Shown here one piece after another: positions 49,526 to 59,136 of a stretch of 64,000 nucleotides of DNA (position 1 is the stretch's first letter; each line of letters starts with the position of its first letter). Made by a program: the position numbers and the translations under genes. The notes below the pieces were generated by a model. It was not told the DNA's origin and made no database searches. It saw nothing but the letters and a program-made list of their open reading frames with translations. This DNA comes from an uncultured Gammaproteobacteria bacterium (lineage in GTDB: Bacteria; Patescibacteriota; Patescibacteriia; Magasanikbacterales; UBA922). The stretch spans positions 44,215 to 108,214 of the forward strand of contig CAYFPM010000001.1 in NCBI GenBank assembly GCA_964345045.1. The letters are read 5' to 3'.

Positions 49526-51673
49526 ATGATTAGATTTGAAGAAGAGCTCAATAAAGAACAATTGAATGTGGTTCAGCATGGCGATGGGCCGTGTTTGGTT
49601 TTGGCTGGAGCAGGGAGTGGCAAGACCAGAGCTATTACTTACAGAGTAGCTTATTTGCTAGAAAAGGGTATTGCCCCCAAAAATATTCTTTTGGTTACTT
49701 TTACCAACAAAGCTGCCAAAGAGATGAAAGATAGGATAAGTCAGCTTATTGAGCGTAGACCCCCCCTAGCCCCCCCTTCGCAGGGGGGGAACTTAAGTTG
49801 GTCTGGGACGTTCCATCACATTGGCTATAGAATTTTGCGGCAATATGCACCACTACTTGGTTACAAAAATAATTTTAGTATTCTAGATAGTCAAGATAGT
49901 TTAGATTTAATTAAAATTTGTTTAAAACAAGAAGGAGTAAATAGAACCGAGCGTAGGTTTCCTTCGGCCAAAGTTTTGCTTTCTATTATTAGCTATGCCA
50001 GAAATGCCGAGACTACCATAGTAGATGTGCTAGACATGAAATACCCAAACTGGCTGGATCTCTCCGAAACTATTGGCAGAATTGCTGCCGAATACGACAA
50101 ACGTAAAAAAGAGGCCAATGCTATGGATTTTGATGATCTTTTAGTAAACACTTATTTGTTACTTTTGAAGTCCGAAAGGGTGAGAAAAAAATATAGTGAG
50201 CAATTTCAATATGTGCTGGTAGACGAGTACCAAGATACTAACAAGATTCAGGCTTCGATTGTAAAATTGTTTGCTTCGCATCACCGCAATATTTTGGTAG
50301 TAGGTGACGATGCTCAGAGTATTTATTCTTTTCGAGCCGCCGACATTCAAAACATTCTCGACTTTGAATCGCATTATCAAGATGCCAAAGTTTTTCGTTT
50401 GCAAACAAACTATCGTTCTACTCCAGATATTTTAGATGTAGCCAACCAAGTTATAGAAAATAACGAGAGTCAGTACAAAAAAGAATTAAAAAGTGTTATA
50501 GAAAATTTTACCAAACCAGAAGTTCATGCTTTTGCCGATAACCAAGAAGAAGCTCAATTTGTGGCCGGAAGAATTTTGGAATTACGAGACGAAGGAGTCG
50601 AATTAAACAAAATTGCTGTTTTGTTTCGCGCAGCTTTTCATTCGCAAGCACTCGAAGTAGAACTTACCAAGCGAGACATCCCGTATGAATTTCGGGGTGG
50701 CGTAAGGTTTTTTGAACGGGCGCATATAAAAGATGTATTGGCGTATCTTAAAATTTTTAATAATAGAGAAGATGAGATCGCTTGGAGCCGAGTTTTGAAC
50801 ATGCAAACTGGGATTGGGCCGGCCAGTGTTCAGAGGATTGTCAGTCAAATAAAGAGTTTTGATGTCATTTCGAGCCCAGAGGGCGAGAAATCTTTCCGAG
50901 AACAAAGTAGTCAGACAGAAAGATCTCTCGTCGAGTCTGACGACTCTCCTCGAGATGACAATTTTTTAGATGGTATTTCTGAAGTATTACCTGCCAGAGC
51001 CAAAATTGGTTGGAATGATTTTTTGCAAGTCTACGAAGCAATGCAAAATGAATTAGAAAAAAATCCAGCCCAATTAATTAGAGCAGTGACTAATTCTAAG
51101 TACCAAGATTACTTAGAAGCCGAATACCCAGATTATCGTGAACGTTTGCAAGATTTGGAACAACTAGCAATTTTTGCCGAGCGACAACCTGACCTTAATA
51201 AATTTTTGGCCGAAGCTAGTTTGCAAGAAAGTTATACTGCGGGACAGACCAAAGATGTAGAGACAGATGACGAAGAAAAATTAATTTTGTCTACTATTCA
51301 TCAAGCCAAGGGGTTGGAGTGGGAAGCTGTGTTTGTACTTAGTGTAGCGGCTGGCCAATTTCCTAGCGACAGATCCCTAAAAGAAGAAAAAGGGATAGAG
51401 GAAGAGCGCAGACTCTTTTATGTGGCCATTACTCGCGCCAAAAAGCAGCTCTATTTGTCTTATTCTCTCACTGGAAGTTTCGACAGTGCTTTGCAAGGGC
51501 CGAGCATATTTATAGAAGAGATAGACAAAGATTTACTAGACCACCATTTTATACAGGGCGGAACGGTATTTACTGATCCTTCGGACAGTGTAGACGACGT
51601 AGTTTATGAGCCATTCGAAGATGATCATTTTTCCAAAAAGAAGAGGCCGGGGAGTTTCTTAATCGACGTTTAA
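49526..51673 (+). CDS. uvrD: UvrD/PcrA-family ATP-dependent DNA helicase (ORF opens at 49457)
   Basis: VLAGAGSGKTRAITYRVAYLL Walker A, DEYQDTN motif II; contains small GC-rich in-frame insertion ERRPPLAPPSQGGNLS. Confidence 0.85.
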   Translation: MIRFEEELNKEQLNVVQHGDGPCLVLAGAGSGKTRAITYRVAYLLEKGIAPKNILLVTFTNKAAKEMKDRISQLIERRPPLAPPSQGGNLSWSGTFHHIGYRILRQYAPLLGYKNNFSILDSQDSLDLIKICLKQEGVNRTERRFPSAKVLLSIISYARNAETTIVDVLDMKYPNWLDLSETIGRIAAEYDKRKKEANAMDFDDLLVNTYLLLLKSERVRKKYSEQFQYVLVDEYQDTNKIQASIVKLFASHHRNILVVGDDAQSIYSFRAADIQNILDFESHYQDAKVFRLQTNYRSTPDILDVANQVIENNESQYKKELKSVIENFTKPEVHAFADNQEEAQFVAGRILELRDEGVELNKIAVLFRAAFHSQALEVELTKRDIPYEFRGGVRFFERAHIKDVLAYLKIFNNREDEIAWSRVLNMQTGIGPASVQRIVSQIKSFDVISSPEGEKSFREQSSQTERSLVESDDSPRDDNFLDGISEVLPARAKIGWNDFLQVYEAMQNELEKNPAQLIRAVTNSKYQDYLEAEYPDYRERLQDLEQLAIFAERQPDLNKFLAEASLQESYTAGQTKDVETDDEEKLILSTIHQAKGLEWEAVFVLSVAAGQFPSDRSLKEEKGIEEERRLFYVAITRAKKQLYLSYSLTGSFDSALQGPSIFIEEIDKDLLDHHFIQGGTVFTDPSDSVDDVVYEPFEDDHFSKKKRPGSFLIDV
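49757..49790. repeat. GC-rich palindrome cccccccttcgcaggggggg inserted in frame in uvrD
   Basis: 7-bp C/G stem hairpin inside otherwise AT-rich CDS. Confidence 0.6.
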
Positions 51674-51778
51674 CGTTTTTAGAAAGATTGATTGTTTAGT
51701 GGTATGTTTTCTAATACTGTGATGGGCTACACTTAATATATTGTTAAATTGCTATATTGTTAATTAAATATAAAATAT

Positions 51779-52156
51779 ATGGAGGGGAAGTTTTTAAAAT
51801 TGAATGATCTAAATGTTTACAAGGTTTCTTTTCATCTCTCTAATTATGTTTGGAGGGTTGTTATAAAATGGGACTATTTTTCTAAGAAAACCATTGGAGA
51901 TCAGCTAGTCAGATCAATTGATTCTATATCGGCCAATATTGCAGAAGGTTTTGGTAGATATGGGAAAAAGGATAAGATTAAGTTTTATAGGTACTCGATG
52001 GGTTCTATCAAAGAATCCCAAGATTGGATACAAAAAGCTTGGATTAGAAATATTATTGAAGAAAATGAGTATAATCACATAATATCAAAGCTTAATGATT
52101 TGCCAAGAGAACTGAATCATCTGATTAAATTTACAAATGAGAAATTAACAATTTAG
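51779..52156 (+). CDS. four-helix-bundle protein (23S rRNA IVS-protein-like family)
   Basis: SISANIAEGFGRYGKKDKIKFYRYSMGSIKESQDWI. Confidence 0.65.
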   Translation: MEGKFLKLNDLNVYKVSFHLSNYVWRVVIKWDYFSKKTIGDQLVRSIDSISANIAEGFGRYGKKDKIKFYRYSMGSIKESQDWIQKAWIRNIIEENEYNHIISKLNDLPRELNHLIKFTNEKLTI

Positions 52157-52194
52157 CCATATAGCAATATAGTAATATAACCTTTTAAGAAAGC

Positions 52195-52223
52195 TTGACA
52201 ATCTCCGTCAATTTTCCTATAAT
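52195..52223 (+). promoter_or_regulatory. consensus sigma70 promoter TTGACA-17-TATAAT upstream of ndk
   Basis: cttgaca atctccgtcaattttcc tataat. Confidence 0.6.
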
Positions 52224-52263
52224 CCTCCCAAACTTACCTTAATAGAGATAATTTTTTAAAAAT

Positions 52264-52746
52264 ATGAATTTTGAAGGACTTCACGAAAAAACTTTGGTTA
52301 TTATCAAACCAGATGCTATCCAACGTAGTTTGGTAGGTGAAATTATTAGTCGTTTTGAGAAAAAAGGCCTAAAATTGGTAGGTACCAAAATGACAAAATT
52401 GCAAGAAGATATTTTGCGTGATCATTATTCTCATATTGCCGACAAGCCATTTTACCCAGGGATTGAAGAATTTATGATGAGTTCTCCAGCAATTGTACAA
52501 TGTTGGGAAGGACTAGACGTAGTAGAAACAGTTCGTCTAATTACCGGTATTACCAAAGCCAGAGCTGCCGAAGCAGGTTCTATTCGTGGTGACATGGCTA
52601 TGAGTGTAGGTTGCAATGTAATCCACGCTTCTGACTCTGTAGAAACTGCCAAAAGTGAAGTAGCAAGATTTTTTTCCGAAGAAGAATTGTATGACTACGA
52701 CAAAACAGACTACATGCATGTATATATTGGAGAGGAAAGGGAATAG
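52264..52746 (+). CDS. ndk: nucleoside diphosphate kinase
   Basis: LVIIKPDAIQRSLVGEIISRFEKKGLKLVG, NVIHASDS active site His region. Confidence 0.9.
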   Translation: MNFEGLHEKTLVIIKPDAIQRSLVGEIISRFEKKGLKLVGTKMTKLQEDILRDHYSHIADKPFYPGIEEFMMSSPAIVQCWEGLDVVETVRLITGITKARAAEAGSIRGDMAMSVGCNVIHASDSVETAKSEVARFFSEEELYDYDKTDYMHVYIGEERE

Positions 52747-52829
52747 ACCAAAGCTTGCAAGGCATAAGAAGCAAACAAGGCTCACAAGGCAAATCGTTTT
52801 GTGAGTTTTTATTTAATAACTAGGAGGGT

Positions 52830-53186
52830 ATGCAAGATTATCAAAAATTATTGGTTTGGAAAAAAGCAATGGAATTGGTTTCATTGACTTATAGACTGGC
52901 GAAACTATTTCCAAAAGAGGAAATATTTGGTTTAACTAGCCAAATGAAGCGTTCTGTTGTTTCGGTGGTAGCAAACATAGTTGAAGGTAGGGGCAAAGCT
53001 ACAGATAAAGATTTTTTAAAATTTTTATATATTGCCAATGGATCTTTGAACGAAACTAGGTGCTATTATGAAATTGCCCTAGAACTTGAATTTATAAATG
53101 ATGAACAATTTAAATTTGTAGATGAAAAACGTAAGGAAGTGGGATATCTACTCCAAAAGCTAATAAAATCAATCCAAAAAGCCTAG
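52830..53186 (+). CDS. four-helix-bundle protein (second paralog)
   Basis: SVVANIVEGRGKATDKDFLKFLYIANGSLNETRCYYEIA. Confidence 0.65.
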   Translation: MQDYQKLLVWKKAMELVSLTYRLAKLFPKEEIFGLTSQMKRSVVSVVANIVEGRGKATDKDFLKFLYIANGSLNETRCYYEIALELEFINDEQFKFVDEKRKEVGYLLQKLIKSIQKA

Positions 53187-53780
53187 TAAGCCTCCCAGGC
53201 ATTGTAAGCCTTTCTAGCCTCCCGGGCTTTCCTACTGTGGATAACCAATTTGACTCAAACTTTCGTCTATACTAATCTACTTACTAATATGAAAAATATT
53301 TCTCTAACAATTCGTCGTTGCGTGAAAAGCCTATGGACTACACTGGCTGCCTTTGCATATGTGACAAATGTCTATAAGACACATACATATGTGCCGGCCA
53401 CTGGGGTGATGTACTTACAAAATGACGAAGGAGAAGAAAGCAACTGCGATAACTGCGGATGCAGAGGAAGCGAAGAATAAAAAGTCATTATAAAAAAGTA
53501 AATCACCCTAGAGATAGGGTGGTTTTGTTTAATAGAAGCTTACAAAGCTAGCAATGCCCACAAGGCTTACAAGGTTTAAAAAGCCTGGTAAGCCTCGTAG
53601 GCCTTATAAGCCTTGTAAGCATTTACAGAGTTCTTTTTACAAGGAGAAAATAAATGGTAATGGAAAAAACTGTGTCGGTATTAGCCAATAGATTTGTTGG
53701 TTGCTACCGACACAGTTAGGTCGCTGGGTTGGGTGCAGGCTCTGTCTGCAAAAAACAATGACCAGGAAGGCTTCGTTACA

Positions 53781-53984
53781 ATGACTACTAGAAAAATTAC
53801 AATGACTCAGTTCATCAGCGATTCGGCCGAAGCGGCGGCTACCCAAGGTGGTTCCCACGACGCTATCGCAACCGGGCTCGATATCGAGCTTATGCCCAAG
53901 GGGGATACCAACAGTGAAGAACCTCTTCCTATCGCTGACTGCAGCACGTTCGCTTGGGGCGATAGACCCTGGTATCTGCAGTAG
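53781..53984 (+). CDS. small (67 aa) GC-rich hypothetical protein
   Basis: RBS aggaagg 8 nt upstream; preceded by a 21-codon uORF with strong RBS aaggagaaaataa-ATG and an 11-bp-stem hairpin. Confidence 0.3.
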   Translation: MTTRKITMTQFISDSAEAAATQGGSHDAIATGLDIELMPKGDTNSEEPLPIADCSTFAWGDRPWYLQ

Positions 53985-54274
53985 CAGCAAGTCTCAACCT
54001 AGGATCAATTCCATTACCACCATTCCTATATACATTTTTTTACAAAGTGTATAGAGACAATGGAAAAATTTAAAACAAATTATGAATTTAAATACTTATA
54101 CATATTATTATTTGCTTCCACTAGCCAAGTGAGAGTAGTTTTGTTTTTTTGCAAAAACACTCCTTGGCTAGGGGTGTTTTTGTTTGTGGGTTGCCAAGAG
54201 ATTTTAAATAGTTTAAAGTCTGCTGGGGATTCTGCAAGGAGAATTTCTCCTGCAAAAAAGGAAGGAGGAATCCT

Positions 54275-54451
54275 ATGTCGAATACGTTTCAGGTCGAGGG
54301 GCACAAGCGCTGCGTGGTCAGCATCGTTGGATCTGCGGATCTGGGGGTGCCTACCGAGATCAAGTGCCTGGACTGTGGAAAGAAGGGGAATGAGGCTCAG
54401 CTCGAGGTCGAGCCCTGTCGAGAGGTCTCGAGCGAAGACGAAGCCGCTTGA
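54275..54451 (+). CDS. small (58 aa) Cys-containing acidic protein, GC-rich
   Basis: strong RBS aaggaggaa; C..CLDC..C pattern; followed by hairpin terminator 54488-54520. Confidence 0.4.
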   Translation: MSNTFQVEGHKRCVVSIVGSADLGVPTEIKCLDCGKKGNEAQLEVEPCREVSSEDEAA

Positions 54452-54586
54452 ACCAAGCCTACATTTTTCATCTTTCACCTTCGTCATTTGCCCGACCGCA
54501 ACAGCGAGTCGGGCACCATTCACAATTATATTTGCTACAAAGTATAATGGTGCAGTGGTAAAAGATTTGTGCTATTATCTAAAAAT

Positions 54587-55723
54587 ATGAAACTCAATAG
54601 CAAAATAAAAAATTTAGCAGAGTCTGCTACTTTGGCTATAAATAACTTGGCTTTGGAAAAAAGAAAAATGGGGGAGCGAGTTTTTAACTTGGCTGCCGGT
54701 GAACCTATGGTAGAAACTCCAGAGGTAGTGATAAACGCCGCCACCAAAGCCATGAAAAATGGCAAAACACACTATCCTCCAGTTTTGGGGATTCCAGAAT
54801 TACGGACTGCTGCCGCAGAGTGGATAAACAAAAATTACCAAACCAATTTTACTACAGAAGAAACAATTGTTACCTGCGGCGGCAAACACGCTCTGGCTAT
54901 GACACTAGAAGCCATTTTGGATCCGGGAAACGAAGCTATAATAATTTCTCCATATTGGGTGTCTTATCCAACTATGGTAGAAAAAAATGAAGGAGTAGTT
55001 AGAATTGTAGAAACGCAAGAAAAAAATAATTGGAAAGTTAAAATAGAAGATTTGGAAAAAAGTTGTACAGACAAAACCAAAGTTTTACTTTTTAACAATG
55101 CTGCCAACCCTACCGGAGTGCTTTATGAAAAAAATGAAGTGGAAGCAATTTTAAAATTTGCCAAAGAAAAAAATATAATAGTTATTTCGGACGAGGTTTA
55201 TAGTGGATTAGTTTATGATGATAAAAAATTTACCTCGGCCGGAAGTTTTGCCGAACACAAAAATAATGTTGTAATTATACAAAGTGCTTCCAAAAGTTTT
55301 GCTATGACGGGGTGGCGAGTTGGTTTGGTATTTGGGGAGATAGAATTGATAAAAGCCTTAAAAAAATTACAAAGTCAAACTACCAGTGGAACTAGTAGCA
55401 TAAGTCAGTGGGCCGCTTTAGCCGCTTTGCAAAATTCAGAAGAGATAACTAAAGAGCTTAAAAAAGAAATGCAAAAAAGAAGAGATTTTTTTGTAGATAA
55501 TTTTTTTACGGAAATAAACAAACCTCAAGCTGGTTTGTATAGTTTTATATCTTTGCAAAAATTTGGCATAGAAAATAATAACTCTGTAGAATTTTGCAAA
55601 AAAGTTTTGCAAGAAAAAAATATTGCCATGGTTCCGGGAGCTCCGTTTGGGGCAGAGGGGTTTGTAAGAATTTCTTTTGGGGTGGAGATTGAGGAGTTGA
55701 AGGGAGCTTTGAGTAGTTTGTAG
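54587..55723 (+). CDS. class I/II pyridoxal-phosphate aminotransferase (aspartate aminotransferase-like)
   Basis: NLAAGEP..., SASKSFAMTGWRVG PLP-lysine motif. Confidence 0.85.
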   Translation: MKLNSKIKNLAESATLAINNLALEKRKMGERVFNLAAGEPMVETPEVVINAATKAMKNGKTHYPPVLGIPELRTAAAEWINKNYQTNFTTEETIVTCGGKHALAMTLEAILDPGNEAIIISPYWVSYPTMVEKNEGVVRIVETQEKNNWKVKIEDLEKSCTDKTKVLLFNNAANPTGVLYEKNEVEAILKFAKEKNIIVISDEVYSGLVYDDKKFTSAGSFAEHKNNVVIIQSASKSFAMTGWRVGLVFGEIELIKALKKLQSQTTSGTSSISQWAALAALQNSEEITKELKKEMQKRRDFFVDNFFTEINKPQAGLYSFISLQKFGIENNNSVEFCKKVLQEKNIAMVPGAPFGAEGFVRISFGVEIEELKGALSSL

Positions 55724-55758
55724 TTGGTTGTGGGTAGTTGGTAGTGAGTAGATTTTGA

Positions 55759-55859
55759 GAGTCATCCTGACTCGCCGTGGCGAGGAAGGATCCCAGTGGT
55801 AGTCCAAAGAGATCCTTCGACTGCGTTCGTCCTTTGGACTCACTCCGCTCAGGATGACT
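55759..55859. repeat. nested-inverted-repeat MITE-like element, copy 2
   Basis: outer IR gagtcatcctga...tcaggatgact, inner IR gtccaaag...ctttggac, core cgaggaaggatcccagtgg shared with 41799-41878. Confidence 0.6.
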
Positions 55860-55895
55860 TTGCTTAACTCTTTCATTATTCCTTATTCCAATCAT

Positions 55896-56097
55896 TTGAC
55901 ACTCTTTTTCAAGAGGCATATACTAAAAGTGATCCTGGCAAATTTGGACGAATATTCATATTCTACAAACTAGCTATTATGGAATACCTATATCGTCTCG
56001 ATCCGTGGATTGAGATTGCGGTTATCCACCTATTTTATAGGGATAGCGAATAACGTCCGGCTTGGATCATCAAAAAACAGCTAAAAGGCTGTTTTTT
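55896..56097 (+). promoter_or_regulatory. promoter (TTGACA-17-TATACT) + 24-codon ORF MEYLYRLDPWIEIAVIHLFYRDSE + intrinsic terminator, followed by second promoter TTGATT-16-TAGTAT at 56110-56137
   Basis: same promoter/short-ORF/terminator layout as the three downstream attenuators, but peptide not strongly biased (3 Tyr, 1 Trp). Confidence 0.35.
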
Positions 56098-56167
56098 GTT
56101 TTTTCTATTCTTGATTTTTTATCAATTTATGCTAGTATCAATTTCGCAACAACGGTGTTGCTAAAGA

Positions 56168-57772
56168 GTGAGGTTTGTCGTGAAAGTTTTGAGAGAAGTA
56201 GCAAGTGATATTGGTGGGCTCGTTTCGGTGGTGAACCGTGATACGGTTCGCCAATTCGCGCCGAACGATGGCGGCAATGTGTCGCCTATCGCCATGGAGT
56301 GGAGTTCCTTCTTGAGAGGGACGAGTGCCGACCAGGACTTGATCAAGCTGTGTAAACGTAACCAGGTGTGGCAAGTCATCGTGGTCACGCTCCCCGTGAA
56401 TACCTCCTACCTCGAGTTGGTTCGGGGGAGCGAGTTCGAGGGGGCTGACGTCGAGGAAATCTCCAATATGAATGGTGGGTTTGTCCACTACGTCCTGGTT
56501 CGGGCCAACGAGGGGCCGGCCGGCCCCATGAGCGTGGCAATCGGGGGCGATTGCCTGCGCCCAGAGGCCACCTTGACCGAGGTGTTCGAGAGAGCCTCGC
56601 TCTTGGCCACGGCCATGAGAGCAAAGGCCAGGTCGTTTTTGCCCAGTATGCCCGGCTTCCACGCCGGCAAAAAGGGAGCCCTACTCCTCGTCGACCGAGA
56701 TGGCGAGCGCGTGGTGCTGAGCAATCCCTCGGCCATGGCACTCTCGGCACCGGCCATGGTGCTTGGAGTGGGGTTTGCCAACCGACTACGCGTAGAGAGC
56801 TGTGCTGCTTGGGCTAGCCGCTATCGACTACCGCTCGGGGTTTTGTCTCCGGATTCTCTCTCCCCGGACGTGGTTACGGGAGGAGGGTGGACTCGGCTTG
56901 CCCAGGCATTCCGCTACTACGGGCTTGACTCTCGTATGGCCACCTGCCAGCCGGGCAAGACGCCGAATCCCTCGTCGGTGCCCACTGGCCAAGGTGTAGC
57001 CACGGCTGCTCTAGAAGTGGCCAAGTGGCTGCGGGAGTCGGGTAGAGTCCCGCAGGGCGAGCCGATTCGGGTGCTTGTCGAGGCTGCTGGCGCAGTGACG
57101 CAGGGCATGTTCCCACTGCTGCTAGAAGAAGGATTGGTGAAACCCGAGTACCTCACCTTCTACGACCCTAGCAGAGAGGCGATCGCCGTGATCGAGGCTC
57201 TGGTACCCGGCTGCCAAACGCTCTGTCGTTCGAACGATGTGGCACTCAGCAAGTTGGCCAACAAGACCTTCGATATCTTGATCAACAATGGCCTGGGCAA
57301 CCACTTGGGTACGCCAAAGCATATGGAGCACTTGGGAAGGATGGTTAGGTCTGGAGGACAGTTGGTGGTCTTGGGTGGAGCCAACAACATCATCAAGTGG
57401 GACAACCCGGCACTCAACTTGCCTCTCGTCATGGCTGAACGAGGAATTCAGGTGATCCCCGATACGGCTGTGTCGGGCGGTGGTTGGACCTTGGCCTTGG
57501 CTGGCCAAGCTGCCGAAGTGGCCGGGGTTGACCCGAGCAAATTGGCCAACCCGGTCAGTTCGTTTGTGTGTCGCTCGGTCTCGAGGAGAATTCAATCTGC
57601 CCTTGTCGCCTTCGGCGAGGGTGGTGGCGACCACCTCTGGAAGATCGTCTCGGAGCAGATGGAAGAGGCCGCTCCGTCGCTCGACCTGGTTCTCCCCGAG
57701 GACGAGTGGGCGGCGGCTGTCGATCCGAGAGACTTCCTGCGAGCGATAGGTGTGTCGCTCCAGGGCGAGTAG
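56168..57772 (+). CDS. Glu/Leu/Phe/Val-dehydrogenase-family (amino-acid dehydrogenase-like) protein, highly divergent; alternative GTG start 56180
   Basis: VVLGGANNIIKWDNPALNLPLVMAERGIQVIPDTAVSGGGWTL aligns with family block EGANGPTT..A..IL.ERGI.V.PDILANAGGVTVS; canonical GxGxxG replaced (VEAAGAV). Confidence 0.45.
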   Translation: MRFVVKVLREVASDIGGLVSVVNRDTVRQFAPNDGGNVSPIAMEWSSFLRGTSADQDLIKLCKRNQVWQVIVVTLPVNTSYLELVRGSEFEGADVEEISNMNGGFVHYVLVRANEGPAGPMSVAIGGDCLRPEATLTEVFERASLLATAMRAKARSFLPSMPGFHAGKKGALLLVDRDGERVVLSNPSAMALSAPAMVLGVGFANRLRVESCAAWASRYRLPLGVLSPDSLSPDVVTGGGWTRLAQAFRYYGLDSRMATCQPGKTPNPSSVPTGQGVATAALEVAKWLRESGRVPQGEPIRVLVEAAGAVTQGMFPLLLEEGLVKPEYLTFYDPSREAIAVIEALVPGCQTLCRSNDVALSKLANKTFDILINNGLGNHLGTPKHMEHLGRMVRSGGQLVVLGGANNIIKWDNPALNLPLVMAERGIQVIPDTAVSGGGWTLALAGQAAEVAGVDPSKLANPVSSFVCRSVSRRIQSALVAFGEGGGDHLWKIVSEQMEEAAPSLDLVLPEDEWAAAVDPRDFLRAIGVSLQGE

Positions 57773-57899
57773 AGCGACTGCCTGGCTCCGGCCCCTAGTC
57801 TCTTTTTAGGCCAGGCGCGACACCAATTTTTGTTCTTTTTTGTTGCGGCGAGCCTAGATTTTACCTTTGGTATATCTGGGCTCGTTGCACACACTCATC

Positions 57900-58059
57900 T
57901 TGACAAGAAGCAGAGATTTGTGTATATTAGTTTTAATCTTATGAAAACAAATATCCACAACTTCTTTTTCTTTTCTTTCTTTATCCCGCCAAAGAGTCGT
58001 GGTGTTTTGAGTTAATGCAAATTAAAATCAAGATTACCCCGACTCGTCGGGGTTTTTTG
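57900..58059 (+). promoter_or_regulatory. Phe-rich leader-peptide attenuator: promoter TTGACA-17-TATATT, near-leaderless ORF MKTNIHNFFFFSFFIPPKSRGVLS (57941-58015), intrinsic terminator 58036-58059
   Basis: 6 Phe codons in a 7-codon run (TTC TTT TTC TTT TCT TTC TTT); alternative pairing gagtcg(57998)/cgactc(58042) could act as antiterminator. Confidence 0.6.
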
Positions 58060-58167
58060 TTTATTCGGGTTTGGCGAAAGGTGATTAGACTTTTCGCTAA
58101 CCTCGAAGCCATAGTGGCTGAGGGGTTGAGACAATTTTTTCGCGAAAGCGAGAGAGGACAATAGACA

Positions 58168-59019
58168 ATGAAGAGTGAGCGAGAGTTTCTTGCCCAATAC
58201 ATGGACGGACCGGAGCATCGGCCAGACTGGGCTGGACATTCTGCGTTCGAGCTCGAAGGTCAGTTTGCCTTGCGTGGTGGCAATACCAACACCCAGCTGG
58301 TCTACCCGGTTGGACATTTGGTCTACAATGGCTTGATGAAAAGCTTCCCAAATGATCAGGAGCGCTTTAGCCCAGAGTTCAGCAACACTCAGGTGGAGCT
58401 GAACACCGGTGCTTGTGCAACCCCCGATCTGACGCTGGCAAAATTGCTCGAGCTGGTGGGGAAGATCAACCAGGTCGCTGGTCGTCACAACTTCCAGTTC
58501 GTGGATCACGAGTTCATCCCACTCAACGTGTGGGTTCCCGAGCAGGTATCACCGCTGGTGCCCCGCTACCAGCAGTTTGCCAACGATCCAGCCAACGTCG
58601 AGCGCGTGCCGCTGATGCACCGGGTGGCAGCGGCTCAGGTGCAGTGGGGCTGCGCCGATCCGGAGGAGCGTTTGGCACTCTTGAACGCCCTCACCACCGA
58701 ACTCGGTACCATGGAGAGCTTGGGATGGATCGACCCTGGTCGCAAGGCCGCGTTCGAAAAAATCCATGCCGGTTGGTACCCGCCTCCCTTCGACACTTGG
58801 AGTCGGTTTTACGAGTACATCCGAAGTCACCAAGATGGCGTGGCCATGATCGAGAGCCCGGCTCTGTACTACGCAGCAGTGCGTCCTCACCACGTGTACA
58901 GCACTGTCGAGCTCCGGCTCCCCGGCGCTACGCTCGATCCGGAGCGCTTGTTCCAGATTGTGTCGTTCGTGGCCGAGGTGTACAGCCAAGTCTGTAGGCG
59001 ACGTAGTGTAGCTGTCTAG
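58168..59019 (+). CDS. GCS2-family (glutamate-cysteine ligase family 2 / carboxylate-amine ligase) paralog, short form
   Basis: N-terminal AFELEGQ (E-x-E) and C-terminal STVELRLPGATLDPERL resembling YbdK TVEVRVMDTP block; middle HVHVG/LSAASP blocks not recognised. Confidence 0.4.
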   Translation: MKSEREFLAQYMDGPEHRPDWAGHSAFELEGQFALRGGNTNTQLVYPVGHLVYNGLMKSFPNDQERFSPEFSNTQVELNTGACATPDLTLAKLLELVGKINQVAGRHNFQFVDHEFIPLNVWVPEQVSPLVPRYQQFANDPANVERVPLMHRVAAAQVQWGCADPEERLALLNALTTELGTMESLGWIDPGRKAAFEKIHAGWYPPPFDTWSRFYEYIRSHQDGVAMIESPALYYAAVRPHHVYSTVELRLPGATLDPERLFQIVSFVAEVYSQVCRRRSVAV

Positions 59020-59136
59020 TCCCCCCCGAAGCATTCCTGCCCCACAAGAATGCTTCACCCCTTCCCTTTGTACAAAAATAATTTTGTATAGAGAAAAGAG
59101 GATTCTATTTTAAAAAGGAGATTATGCACATTTTGA

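Noticed and set aside
55979-56050. Short ORF MEYLYRLDPWIEIAVIHLFYRDSE as a Tyr/aromatic leader peptide
   Set aside because: Architecture (promoter-ORF-terminator) matches the three clear attenuators but amino-acid bias is weak (3 Tyr of 24) and it has a 48-nt untranslated leader without SD; kept only as a low-confidence regulatory feature
56138-57894. Many overlapping ORFs in both strands across the dehydrogenase-like gene
   Set aside because: Same GC-rich shadow-ORF effect; only the 534-aa frame shows family motifs
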